Origin: a virus
Lineage: Duplodnaviria; Caudoviricetes
Direction: 5' to 3' (one strand)
DNA: 64,000 nt
IMG/VR virus record: IMGVR_UViG_3300042558_004043
A program made the translations under genes and the position numbers. The notes below the pieces were generated by a model. It saw only the letters and a program-made list of their open reading frames with translations. It did not search any database and was not told the DNA's origin. The stretch's first letter is position 1. Every line of letters begins with the position of its first letter. This document shows positions 15,793-27,100 of the stretch, piece by piece.

Positions 15793-18700
15793 ATGTCAGA
15801 GAGCACTTTATCATTTGCATCTAGTGAATCTTTTCGTAAATCACTTATTGTAAGAAATTTACAACCGTATTCGGTTACGGGTGTTTATACTCCACCGGCT
15901 GGCGACATAACTTATGAGTATAATCAATCTGATTTTTCGGTTATTGATTCACCCGACAAATTGATTGCAAAAAATCCGTTTGTTAACAAACTATATCCTC
16001 TTAATGAATTTGGACCATCGGGTGGATTTGATTTTAATATTAATTATAACGGGTCATTAGTACCTGTAAAACCTTCAGGAGAACCTTATTATCCATTAAT
16101 TAATAGTCCCTTAATCGGGTTGAGTAATTATTGGTTAAATGAATTAGTTACGGGGCCTGCAAATCAGAACAGCTTCATACCCGACGGAGGATTTAAATTT
16201 TTATACGAGGTTGACGACTTACCTAATTTAAACAAATATTTTTCACCTTATTGGGACCCACCAACGTTTGTTCCGTCATTTTATAGTCCATATGAGATAT
16301 TAAGTTCATCTAACCCAGTTGGTTCTGACGGACCATTGTCACAAGATTCTTTTATTGCTCGTTTGGGAGCTCAAACATTAAGGGAACTTTTTGTTGAGAG
16401 AATTAATCTTGAAATTTATCAAAATACTGTAGGTGCGGTAAACTTGGCGAGTCTTCAGGACCCATTTGAAGCTAGTTTGTTAATAACAGGACAACAACCT
16501 TTAGTTTATAGAAATTGGAGAATCACTGTACCTGAAAATCCAATATTAGCGGTAGTTGATTTTGCAACAAGATTGGCTGGAGCTTATTGGCCCGTATCAC
16601 CGATACCTGGTGATTATTTTGATGAAAATACTAATGGTAATTTACAGACTAGTCAAACATCAACAGCGCTAAACGTAGTTAATAATTTAACGGGTGGGTT
16701 TTTAGGACCGATTTTAAATATAACTAGAAATCCATCTCAGATATTTTTAGCAAATACAGGAAACGGACAAAGGTCTGCATTATTCAATAATATAGATTAT
16801 AATAGATATAGACCGGCTTATGACAGAGGATTATTAGGTACCTTGGCTCAAGGATTAACAAATCTTTTAGCCTCGGCAATTAATCCGAATAATGGAACTT
16901 TGATAGGTGGTTATTATGTTGGAAGTAATACTTCAGAACCTTCACAAATAAACTCACCACCGAATCAGTTACCTATAAATCCTTACGGACAACAAGTTCA
17001 AACACCTGTTTATGGTCCATCTGAATTGGCAATTTTATATGAAGGAAACCAAGAAGTTCTTAATTTTGGATTAGCCGGCAAATCTTTATCCGATGGAGGA
17101 GGAATTGACGGTCAATTTGTTTGGACATCACCAAAATATAAAGGAAATGCGGGTTATAAACCTACACCAGGAGGAGGCACGGGAAGTTTAGATGAACAGT
17201 TCAATTTAGTTAGTGGTAATTACACTCGAGGTTCATCAACAAATGTTGATTTTAAGGATAATTCAATATTAGACCAAACTCAAAGGTTAATTGAATCTGC
17301 CGACTTAGTTGAAGGGATTGCCCGATTAAAACACGTAGGTAACGCAATCAATCAAGTTTCTAAAGTATTCAATGATGGATATAAAGAAATGACTAAAGGG
17401 TCTAAAGTTTTATCTTATGTTGATAATACAACTGGAACTCAAGCTGGTGTTGAGTATTGTAGAGTTTTTGCAAAAGATACACCATATTATACCTACTCTG
17501 ATTTACAAAAGACTGACGGAATTACTAATTCAGGGAGAAGGTTTTCATATTCCGTGTTAGATAACACCTTCAATTTGAATATTTCTCCAACCAAAAATCC
17601 TGGGTCAACAAATATTATTGCGGATGGAAATAACGGAACAGGTGGTTATGCTAAAAAATACATGTTCTCTATTGAAAATTTAGCTTGGAGAACATCCAGT
17701 AGACCTGGTTATACTTATGATGAACTTCCAACATGCGAGAAGGGACCAAACGGAGGTAGAGTTATGTGGTTTCCTCCATATGATTTAAAATTTAACGATA
17801 CAAGTAAACCAAGTTTTTCACCTACTTCATTTTTAGGTCGACCCGAACCAATTTATACATATAAAGATACTAGTCGTACTGGAAGTTTAAATTGGACTAT
17901 TATAGTTGACAGTCCTTCAATTATGAATTTAATTATTGAAAAACAATTGAAAGGTGCCGCCAAGGAAAGAGTTGATTCAATAATAGATTCCTTTTTTGCG
18001 GGGTGTGTGAAGTACGATATATATGAGTTAGCCCAAAAATTTAATACAATACCTGCCAAGGATTTATATACCTACCAAGAAATTTTGAATAATCCACAAT
18101 TAACCGAAGAAGAGGTTAATTTCGTGGTTGAATCAATACCTAAAGACCCTGAAGTTTGTACATCTGACGTTTGGGGTGACGTTCCTGAAACTAAAAAAGT
18201 GTCTAATGAGCCTGAATTAGAAGCATTTGCTGATACTTATACTAATTTGTCATTTTATTTTGATAATAATGTACCTGGACCTAATAATGGTACAACGTCA
18301 AATGAGGATTATTTGAGTGCTTACAACTCATATGTTAGTAATAAACAAGTTTACGGAGCTCAGGCTAATAATTTATTCAATACTGATGATTTTAATGGTA
18401 ATGTTCTTGATTTCTTTGATAATGTTATAACAAATAATTTTGAAAAAATTAATAGTGGTTCATCTTGTATGGTACAAGATTTATATAAGATATTATCAGA
18501 ACAAAAGGGAACTATTGTTATAACTTTAGAAGGAGCGGCGTCGGCTAAGGCAACGCCTGAATATAATCAAAAATTATCCGAAAGAAGAATTGATTCTGTA
18601 ATAAAATACTTACAAAACTATTCTGAAGGTGATGTTTCGTTTAAAAAATATTTAGAAGACGGTTCTTTAAAAATAAATTCGGCGGGAGGGTCTGGCGAAA

Positions 18701-20850
18701 ATACAACAATTCCAGTTGGGGAGGGAAACATATCCCAAGACCCTATTAATTGTACTGAAGAGACTAAAGATAAGAATGGTAAAACTAATCAAGGTTCGTT
18801 AATTTATTCTGTCAGTGCTATGGCATGTAGAAGAGTTAGGGTTACTAGTATTTCTTATACCGATATACCTAAAGAAGAAACAATTATGGTTAATAAAGTA
18901 ATTGGACAAACAACTGAAATAGAAAATCCCCCATCTGATAAAACATCAGGACAAGGTATTACCCCTCAGTTTCCAAAACCACAACCAACCGTAACAATTG
19001 AAAAGAAGTTAAAAGAAGGTATTAGTAAAAAAATATTAAGAAATTTATTGAGTGAGTGTGATTATTTTGAGGTGCTAAAACAAGATGTACCAATGGTATA
19101 TGATTCAATCAAAGAAAAAATTAGATACTTCAATCCAGCCTTTCACTCTATGACACCTGAGGGTTTAAATGCTAGATTAACTTTCCTTAATCAGTGTACA
19201 AGACCTGGAGAAACAGTTCCAACTATAGGTGCCGATGGTAAACCAAAGACAAATGATGCTATCAATACTTCTTTCGGAGCTCCTCCTATTCTAGTATTAA
19301 GAATCGGTGATTTCTATAACTGCAAAATAGTACCTGATAATGTTGCATTTACATATGAACCATTAATTTATGACATGAATCCTGAGGGGATTGGTTTACA
19401 ACCTATGATTGTAAAAGTTAATATGAGTTTTTCTATGATTGGAGGTCACGGACTTAAAGAACCGGTTGACCAATTACAAAATGCATTGTCGTTTAATTAT
19501 TATGCTAATACTGAAATTTATGATGAAAGGTCAACATGGACTGACGATTCGTGGAAAGTGATTGATAAGAAATTAATAGACTCAATCGAACAATCAGAAC
19601 AACCGGCAACAGTGGCTAATGTGGAAAGTCAAAGAACTAATGACGGGGGAACAACAATTGGTGAAATTATAACTAATATACCTGTTGAAAGTGGTCAAAC
19701 TGGTGAAATTGCATATCAAAAAATAATGGATACCCTGTTTGACCAAACAAAACAATATATTGATGCGGTTCCTAATCTTTTAGAAAAAATAATGTTAAAT
19801 ACAAACCAAGGTATTGTTCAGATTATAAGTAATGATAGATTATATAGTGAAGGGTTACTTAATGTTGATTTAGATGAAGTTGGTTCGGCCCCAATTTACG
19901 GAGCGCCAAATAAAATGGATGCGAAAATAAAAGAAATTTTTGATAAAGTAATATTAGAAATTCAGGACCAAACTAACCCAATTATTAGTCAATTAAATAC
20001 TATTGAATGGCAACCAAAGGATTTATCGGCGGTCATAACCAATATGGTTGATTATATTAATTCTCTTTCTTCCGAATTCTCAAATGGAATATTCACCACC
20101 ATACAGGAATTAGTTTTGTTGGAACAAGATTATGTTCAAAATTTAAGAAAAATAAATTTGGTTTCCGACTTAACTGACGGTAAAATTATTGATAAGGGAG
20201 TTCCAAGACCTTATACTCTTTCGGGAACTGATAAGGTTAGTGAATCAACAACCATTGATGATGATACTATAACAACAACAGATGACGAATTATGGAATGA
20301 CATTGCGAGATTACAATTAACTTTAGAGGAATATTATGAGTTTTTACAAAAAAAGAAGATATTTGAACCTATTGGTGATGTTGTGGTAAACTTTAAACCA
20401 ATATATCCTTATTTTATTAACTCAGGTGAAAGCCCAACACCTGAAAAAACATTCTTTTTAGTTATAGGTAGAATTTTTTACAATAGAACAAAACGACAAG
20501 AGTTTGTTGATGCAATTATTAAAGGAGATTTGGTTAACGTAAAAGACCCACAAAAATTAAAAAAGAAATTTGAGGATATTGTTGACGAGTTGTCCAAAGA
20601 GTATAGTAAAGAAATTGATGATGAAGAAAAATTATATAAAGACTTTAAAAAAAGTACTGAGTTTAAAGATTTTTCTGAAGGATTGGACGAAAAACTATAC
20701 CCTAAAGGAAAAACTCGTAAATTTACTTATACCACGGTGCCTGGAACTGATGAGGGAAATCAAAAAACCGCAATCACTAATTTATACAGCACAATAAATG
20801 TTGATGAGGATACAAAAACTTATATCGGTAAAGTTAAATTCAATTCATAA
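15793..20850 (+). CDS. Large baseplate/tube-initiator protein with an internal OmpA-like domain
   Basis: Two tube-fold-like segments (WFPPYDLKF...FLGRPEPIYTYKDTSRTGSLNW; PPILVLRIGDFY..KIV..V.FTYEP) flank SFYFDNN...EGAASAKATPEYNQKLSERRIDSV...CRRV. Confidence 0.6.
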   Translation: MSESTLSFASSESFRKSLIVRNLQPYSVTGVYTPPAGDITYEYNQSDFSVIDSPDKLIAKNPFVNKLYPLNEFGPSGGFDFNINYNGSLVPVKPSGEPYYPLINSPLIGLSNYWLNELVTGPANQNSFIPDGGFKFLYEVDDLPNLNKYFSPYWDPPTFVPSFYSPYEILSSSNPVGSDGPLSQDSFIARLGAQTLRELFVERINLEIYQNTVGAVNLASLQDPFEASLLITGQQPLVYRNWRITVPENPILAVVDFATRLAGAYWPVSPIPGDYFDENTNGNLQTSQTSTALNVVNNLTGGFLGPILNITRNPSQIFLANTGNGQRSALFNNIDYNRYRPAYDRGLLGTLAQGLTNLLASAINPNNGTLIGGYYVGSNTSEPSQINSPPNQLPINPYGQQVQTPVYGPSELAILYEGNQEVLNFGLAGKSLSDGGGIDGQFVWTSPKYKGNAGYKPTPGGGTGSLDEQFNLVSGNYTRGSSTNVDFKDNSILDQTQRLIESADLVEGIARLKHVGNAINQVSKVFNDGYKEMTKGSKVLSYVDNTTGTQAGVEYCRVFAKDTPYYTYSDLQKTDGITNSGRRFSYSVLDNTFNLNISPTKNPGSTNIIADGNNGTGGYAKKYMFSIENLAWRTSSRPGYTYDELPTCEKGPNGGRVMWFPPYDLKFNDTSKPSFSPTSFLGRPEPIYTYKDTSRTGSLNWTIIVDSPSIMNLIIEKQLKGAAKERVDSIIDSFFAGCVKYDIYELAQKFNTIPAKDLYTYQEILNNPQLTEEEVNFVVESIPKDPEVCTSDVWGDVPETKKVSNEPELEAFADTYTNLSFYFDNNVPGPNNGTTSNEDYLSAYNSYVSNKQVYGAQANNLFNTDDFNGNVLDFFDNVITNNFEKINSGSSCMVQDLYKILSEQKGTIVITLEGAASAKATPEYNQKLSERRIDSVIKYLQNYSEGDVSFKKYLEDGSLKINSAGGSGENTTIPVGEGNISQDPINCTEETKDKNGKTNQGSLIYSVSAMACRRVRVTSISYTDIPKEETIMVNKVIGQTTEIENPPSDKTSGQGITPQFPKPQPTVTIEKKLKEGISKKILRNLLSECDYFEVLKQDVPMVYDSIKEKIRYFNPAFHSMTPEGLNARLTFLNQCTRPGETVPTIGADGKPKTNDAINTSFGAPPILVLRIGDFYNCKIVPDNVAFTYEPLIYDMNPEGIGLQPMIVKVNMSFSMIGGHGLKEPVDQLQNALSFNYYANTEIYDERSTWTDDSWKVIDKKLIDSIEQSEQPATVANVESQRTNDGGTTIGEIITNIPVESGQTGEIAYQKIMDTLFDQTKQYIDAVPNLLEKIMLNTNQGIVQIISNDRLYSEGLLNVDLDEVGSAPIYGAPNKMDAKIKEIFDKVILEIQDQTNPIISQLNTIEWQPKDLSAVITNMVDYINSLSSEFSNGIFTTIQELVLLEQDYVQNLRKINLVSDLTDGKIIDKGVPRPYTLSGTDKVSESTTIDDDTITTTDDELWNDIARLQLTLEEYYEFLQKKKIFEPIGDVVVNFKPIYPYFINSGESPTPEKTFFLVIGRIFYNRTKRQEFVDAIIKGDLVNVKDPQKLKKKFEDIVDELSKEYSKEIDDEEKLYKDFKKSTEFKDFSEGLDEKLYPKGKTRKFTYTTVPGTDEGNQKTAITNLYSTINVDEDTKTYIGKVKFNS

Positions 20851-20853
20851 GTT

Positions 20854-21180
20854 ATGGCAAAAAAACAGTATTATAATAGATATAGTGAGTTTATTGTTGA
20901 TGGTTCACCATCGGTAGTAACATATGTTGATTTGCCTTCTAAAAGTACTGACAAAAGGTACATTTATAAAGTTGGTCAATCTAGATTAGATAAAGTATCT
21001 CAACAATATTATGGGACTCCTTTTTTTGGATGGTTAATTCTAATGGGTAACCCAAAATTTGGAGGGCAAGAATGGAATATAGTTGACGGCAGTGTATTGA
21101 CTATTCCATTTCCGCTGATAACTTCATTACAGGACTATAAAAATCAGTTAGATAATCATTTCTTTTATTATGGCAGATAA
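20854..21180 (+). CDS. LysM-like baseplate wedge protein, gp53-like
   Basis: YIYKVGQSRLDKVSQQYYGTPFFGWLILMGNP...GSVLTIP. Confidence 0.75.
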   Translation: MAKKQYYNRYSEFIVDGSPSVVTYVDLPSKSTDKRYIYKVGQSRLDKVSQQYYGTPFFGWLILMGNPKFGGQEWNIVDGSVLTIPFPLITSLQDYKNQLDNHFFYYGR

Positions 21181-24100
21181 TTCAGAGAACATATTAGTAG
21201 AATTTGATTATAATAATATTACCATAATAGACCCAAACAAAGTTATTGATGAAAATGGTAATGCTAAAGACAGATATGTAAAACAGGAAGATTTGGTTAT
21301 GTATGCTAACTTGGAATGTAAACCAATTCCAAGAACAAAATTAGCGGTTGGGTCTAACAACAGTGACATTATTAGAAATACCTCAATCGCTTCCATTAAT
21401 TTCTTAAAACCGGGTGGTAAACGAATACTTGAAAATGATTATACAAATAATTTGACAGGTCAGGAAAATCTAAAGTCGGAAAATAAGATTAATTCAAAGG
21501 ATGAAGAGTATTATGTAAAACAAACCAATTTATCGGAAGGAAATAATGGTACAGTAGATAGTGGGTTGTTAGGTATAACATCAATTTCTATACAACAAAA
21601 CACCTCTTTTACTCCTGTGATAACAATTGAGTTAGAAGACGTTAAAGGTAGAGCGTTATTTGAATCGGGTAATAATTCACCATACGCTGCATTTTTTAAT
21701 ATGCCATACCCCATATTTTATCTGACTATAAAGGGATATTATGGAAAGGCGGTAAGATTACCGTTAATGTTACAAAGCTTTAATAGTAGATACAACACTA
21801 GTTCTGGTAATTTCCATATTACTCTTAGTATGATTACCTATAAGTATAATGTGTTAAATGAGGTAACTATGGCGGCGGCAATTGCTACACCACAAATGTA
21901 TCAAAAAAATATTGATATAAAGGGTGTTGAAGGAGGTCCATCCCAATTTGCTAACATATCTAGTGTGTCGGTTTCGCTAGGTAAACAAAAAATGCATGAA
22001 ATGTATAGTGAATATAAAACAAAAGGTTTAATTCCCGAAGACTTTCCTGAAATTACGATTCTCCAAATGTATTATAGATTGGAAAATTTTATCAAAAACA
22101 CTTTAGAATCTTATATACAACAAAACCTTGACCCATTAAACAACGTACAAGAATATGAAAAAAAGTTAAGAGAATATCAGGGAAATATTGCGACTTATCA
22201 AAAATCGTGGAAAGATAAGTATATGGATAACGAAAATTTCTATGTTAGTAATTTAAGTGGAGAAAAACTTTATTCGTTCAAAAAAGAGTTTGATGAACAA
22301 TCTAAACGAGAGGTCGCGTTGGCCGAGTTGAAAAAATACATTACCGAATATAATGAAATTTTAAATAAAAATGAAACTGTTGGTACTAATGGTTTTTATG
22401 AAATTAACGGAAAAAGAGAAAATTGTACTATTCCAAATAACATAACTTTTGACATATTTTTGGAGATAATTGATAAACCTGATGATGTCAATCTACAAAA
22501 AACATTGAATCAAAGGTCAACTAAGAAAAAATTTACTGATGATGATATTAGTAAATTAAATGCCGAATTGGGCACAAATATGACGTTCAATTCAGGAAAA
22601 ATTGTTATGAAAGATGGAGGAATTGTCCCTGAATATACATATTACAAATTTGGTGACTTGAATGAAGAACAGTCACCCGTACCACTTTTTAGAACATTTT
22701 TAGGAGAAGTTAATAGAATGTTCAAAGACGTAAAATCGTATCGAGAAAAAATTCAAGAGGCTCTTACTAAAGCTTTGACTGAAAAAATTCAATCAAAGGA
22801 TAATGGAATTGGATTTATACCTACAATTAGAAATGTTTTGTCTGTTATTTTTGCAAATGGTGAGGCGTTTTTAAGAATAATGGATGATGTTCACGCTAAG
22901 GCTTGGGAAGTTAGAGATGATACCGATAGAAAGAAAGCAATTTTAGACCCTTCAGTTTCGAACGCAAATCCTGATAATTTATCAAGTGGTGATAATACTA
23001 ATCTACCTATATATCCATGGCCACAATATATTGTTGAAACCGCCGGAGAAAATGGACAAGAAAAATACATTGTTGCTTATCCTGGTGACCCTAAGTATTC
23101 TAATTTAACCAATGCCACTTCTTACGAAAAATGGCCTGAAGTTGAATTTGTTGAAGAATTTGTTAATGCGTTTGTAAATAGGAATCCTGAAATAGATAAT
23201 CCAGAGCCTGTATCTAATGAGCAAACCGATATTAATAGACTTAGTTTTAATGCTATTGAATTTCCTGTTGAGAATATTGTTTATGGTAATAAAGAAGAGG
23301 TTAAATTTTTCTTTGAAATATACGAAAGATTATTTTATACAATTTATTATTCGAGGCTATCAAGAGCGGAATCCTCAACTAAAGAAAAAGATTTGGTTAG
23401 TAGTATCATCGCAGAAGCTGAAAAAACTAATTTACTTTATGCATTAGGTACTGACAATCCATTTTTAATTGAAAAAATAAAACAGTACGGAATTAATTCG
23501 GCTAATTTTGAAACCACGCTCAGACATATATCAAATGGAGGTACAGGACAAAGTTGGCAAAATTTTATTAGAGGTATATTCAATACAAGTTACATAAGAA
23601 ATACGGTGCAAAATTCACAATTTGAATTTTTAAATTTAGATGAAATTTTAGAAACTAAATCAAATCCACTACTTTCTTTGGAAAAAGAGGATGAATTTTT
23701 GAATTATATTACAGGTAGTAGTTCATCTAATAGTTACGATTATTCAGACATTTATCCTTTAACTAATTTAAGTTGGTGTAAAGATAAATTAGCGAATGGT
23801 CAATCTATTTCTGATAATAAAGCAGCGTTTAACACTACAAAAATTTTGACTTATAATAAGTCAAATAAGACTATTACTAATTTTCCTTACAATTTATCCA
23901 CATTAGAAAAAAGACCGATAACTAATTTTGTATTTGAAAATACTGTAGTACCGACTGCAGATACCACAACAAATTTAGTTGATTTTTATGACGAAAGGGT
24001 CCGAACCAAACAGTTAGTTACCGAAGGAGATTTAATTTACTATAATTATTCAGGACAAGTAGGATTTTATCAAACAACATCCATGTTGAATACACCATTT

Positions 24101-27100
24101 TATGTGAATTCAATACAACAGGCTGTGGAAAAATTCAGAAATTACGATGATTATCCTTACACTGTACCTGCTTATCTATTCTTAAATAGTCTACCATTAT
24201 CGACACTAAGAGAAAAATTTAAAACTTATAAAAATTCCGATTCAAATATTACAGTTGAAGATTTAGATTATATTTTGGCTAGTTTGAAAAAATTCGGAGC
24301 AATACACAAAGTACCTTACTCGTGGATTTTAAAAATCGGTTCAATTTACCACAGATATAAAAAATATGTTGAAAACAATGTTGATATATTAGATGATTGT
24401 TGGCAAAACTTTAAACAAGTTGAAAATTTTGACCCTGTAACTAATGTTCCAACTAGAAATTACGGATTAATAATTAATGGAGCTAATATCGACATAGTTT
24501 TAGAAAAAGATACAATTATTGGTACCGAAACATCCACTCTGATAAACACAGGTTTTTATCCAAAATTAATAAATGACTTCAATGTGTTTTATCAGGGGTA
24601 TATGATTTATAGTACGTTTACCGATACAGATATTCAAAACGGGTTTCTTAGTGGTGTAACTTTAAATTATGTGTCAGAGGCAATTATTGATGAACCCGAA
24701 GGATTTGACGATACAAATCTTATGAGGGATTTGAGAGTTATCCCATGGTCTGTTAGTATTGATAATATAATTAAAACCTTTACATATCCAATTCCGTCTC
24801 AGGGCTCACTATTGAATCAGACTTTTAATGAATGTTTCAAAAAAGAGGGTAATGTTGACAAATTAAAATTAGAAGTTAAAGGTAATCAATCAATGTACGA
24901 CGGCTCAATTAGAAATTTTTGGGCGGCACCTCACTATGGTTATTTTGATTTATCAAAAATAAAAAAACCGGAATATGATGAGTATATCAAAATAATTTTT
25001 ACAGAAAGTGATGTGTTATCACAAGAAAATTTTGGTTTACATAACCCTATTATAGGTTATTCAAAAATCAGTGAAATATTTTCTGCCTTTAATACAGAAA
25101 TTTTGGATAAATTCGAAGAAGAGTTTTTAAATTTTTCTAAATCGGTATACGATTATGATGTAACAAATTTATCCGAAACTTTAACCAAAACTGAAAAATC
25201 TTTCAAAAATTTCCAATTTTTAATGAGAGAAATGATGAAAGTACCGAAACAAAGTACCACAGGAGCAACAGGTACCGAAGCAGTTTCAAGAACTCAAGAA
25301 ATTCAATGTCAAACGATTAATTCATATATAAAAGAATTTTTGAATTTTGACTACGTATTCAAATATGGAAATCCATCGTCATTCGATAAAAAACTATTCT
25401 ACAGTTTCTCCAATAAATTTATTGAAGACCCATACACATGGGAAAAATATACTGAGACGACACCAGATGCATTACCAGTTCAAGGGGGTTCTGTTACATT
25501 AACAACATCACAAACAAATTTCCCTGAAGAGTGGAAAACTCTTAGAATATATGTTGGATTTTCAGATATACCTGAACTCACTTATAAAGATAGTGGTTCA
25601 TTTATAACCGATTTCTTCATAGATTTAAATGTTGGATTTAATGTGCAGAATATCAAAAATTTTGCACCGATAATTAAAATTTATGCAACACAAAAATTAA
25701 CACAAACTCAACCACAAACTTCGGTTTCCCCATTACCAATACCACCTGTTTTACCTACACAACAATTTGTAGGATTAATAATAGAAATTTTTACTTTAAA
25801 TGATGGGTCAACTGTAACTATTTATAAACAAAATGAAAATAAATTTTCTTTATTTAGGAATTTTTCACAAGAGATAAAGTTTGTTGGAGAACAAGTTGGT
25901 ATGTCCGTTGAAACTAATTTAAATTTGGCAAAAGTTGCAATAACTGAAATTTACGGATTTTATTCACAATCACCTTTAGACCCACAATATATTGCGGCGG
26001 TTACAACTCCTCCCGAACCACAGTTCCCGTTAGTACCGAGTTCAACCAACAATTGGGGTAAAGTAACATTTATTAATAATATGGATAACTACCTAAGTGC
26101 GGTTGACAGATTCCAAGGTACTATAGTGGACAATTTAATGATAACATTAAGGGCTAAATTACCATTAATTACTGTTGAAAATAGTAAAGGTGTTAGAAAA
26201 GATTTGGACGGAACTCAAACAAAATTAGAACTATGGGAGTCATTTAAAGCAACTAATGATAAATGGATTTCTGGCGGTGATTTTAAAAATAAAACAATTT
26301 TTGAAGATTTACTATTATTAGATAGGGCCAGTAGGAATATTGGAGACACGGTTATTGCCGACATTTTTCATTTGAAAAATTTTATAATGGATGCTAGTCC
26401 TAAAATGTCAGTATTAAGTTTTGCACAATCTGTTTTATTAAGAAATAACTTCATGGTAATGAATATACCATCATATGTTAATTTCTATAACGTACAAGAT
26501 GCCGTTAAAAATCCAAAACCTAGACCCGAAGGTACTTTAGAATTCGCTAATACTTTGTTTGGTACTTTTTTGAATGTTGACTATAGAGACTCATCATCTA
26601 AAATGGTATGTTTTTTTATTTCAAAACCATCTGAACACTTAGCAATAAATAAAAATGTTGATTACAGGTTTAAAGATGATGCCTTTGATTTGAGAAAAAC
26701 TTCTAATCCATTAGTAGAAAACCAAGTTGGTAAAACAGATTGGGATAAGTCAAATAAAGTTGTTGGTTTCAATGTTGATATTGGAGTACAGAATCAACAA
26801 ATATTCCAAAGTTTTGACGTATCTCAGGATGCGGGAACTTCTACGGCTGAGTCTTTAGAAGTGATTAATCAAATGGCAAACCAATCGGGTAATAGAGGGG
26901 GGGCAACACAGAATTTATCTTTATATAACATTTACAAAAACAGAAGTTATAAATGTAAGATAATGATGCTGGGTAACGCAATGATACAACCAAGTATGTA
27001 TTTTAATTTAAGGTATGTACCTATGTTCAGCGGACCATATATGATTTTGGATGTAACACATAACATAGTCCCTGGTATGTTTCACACCACAATTACCGGT

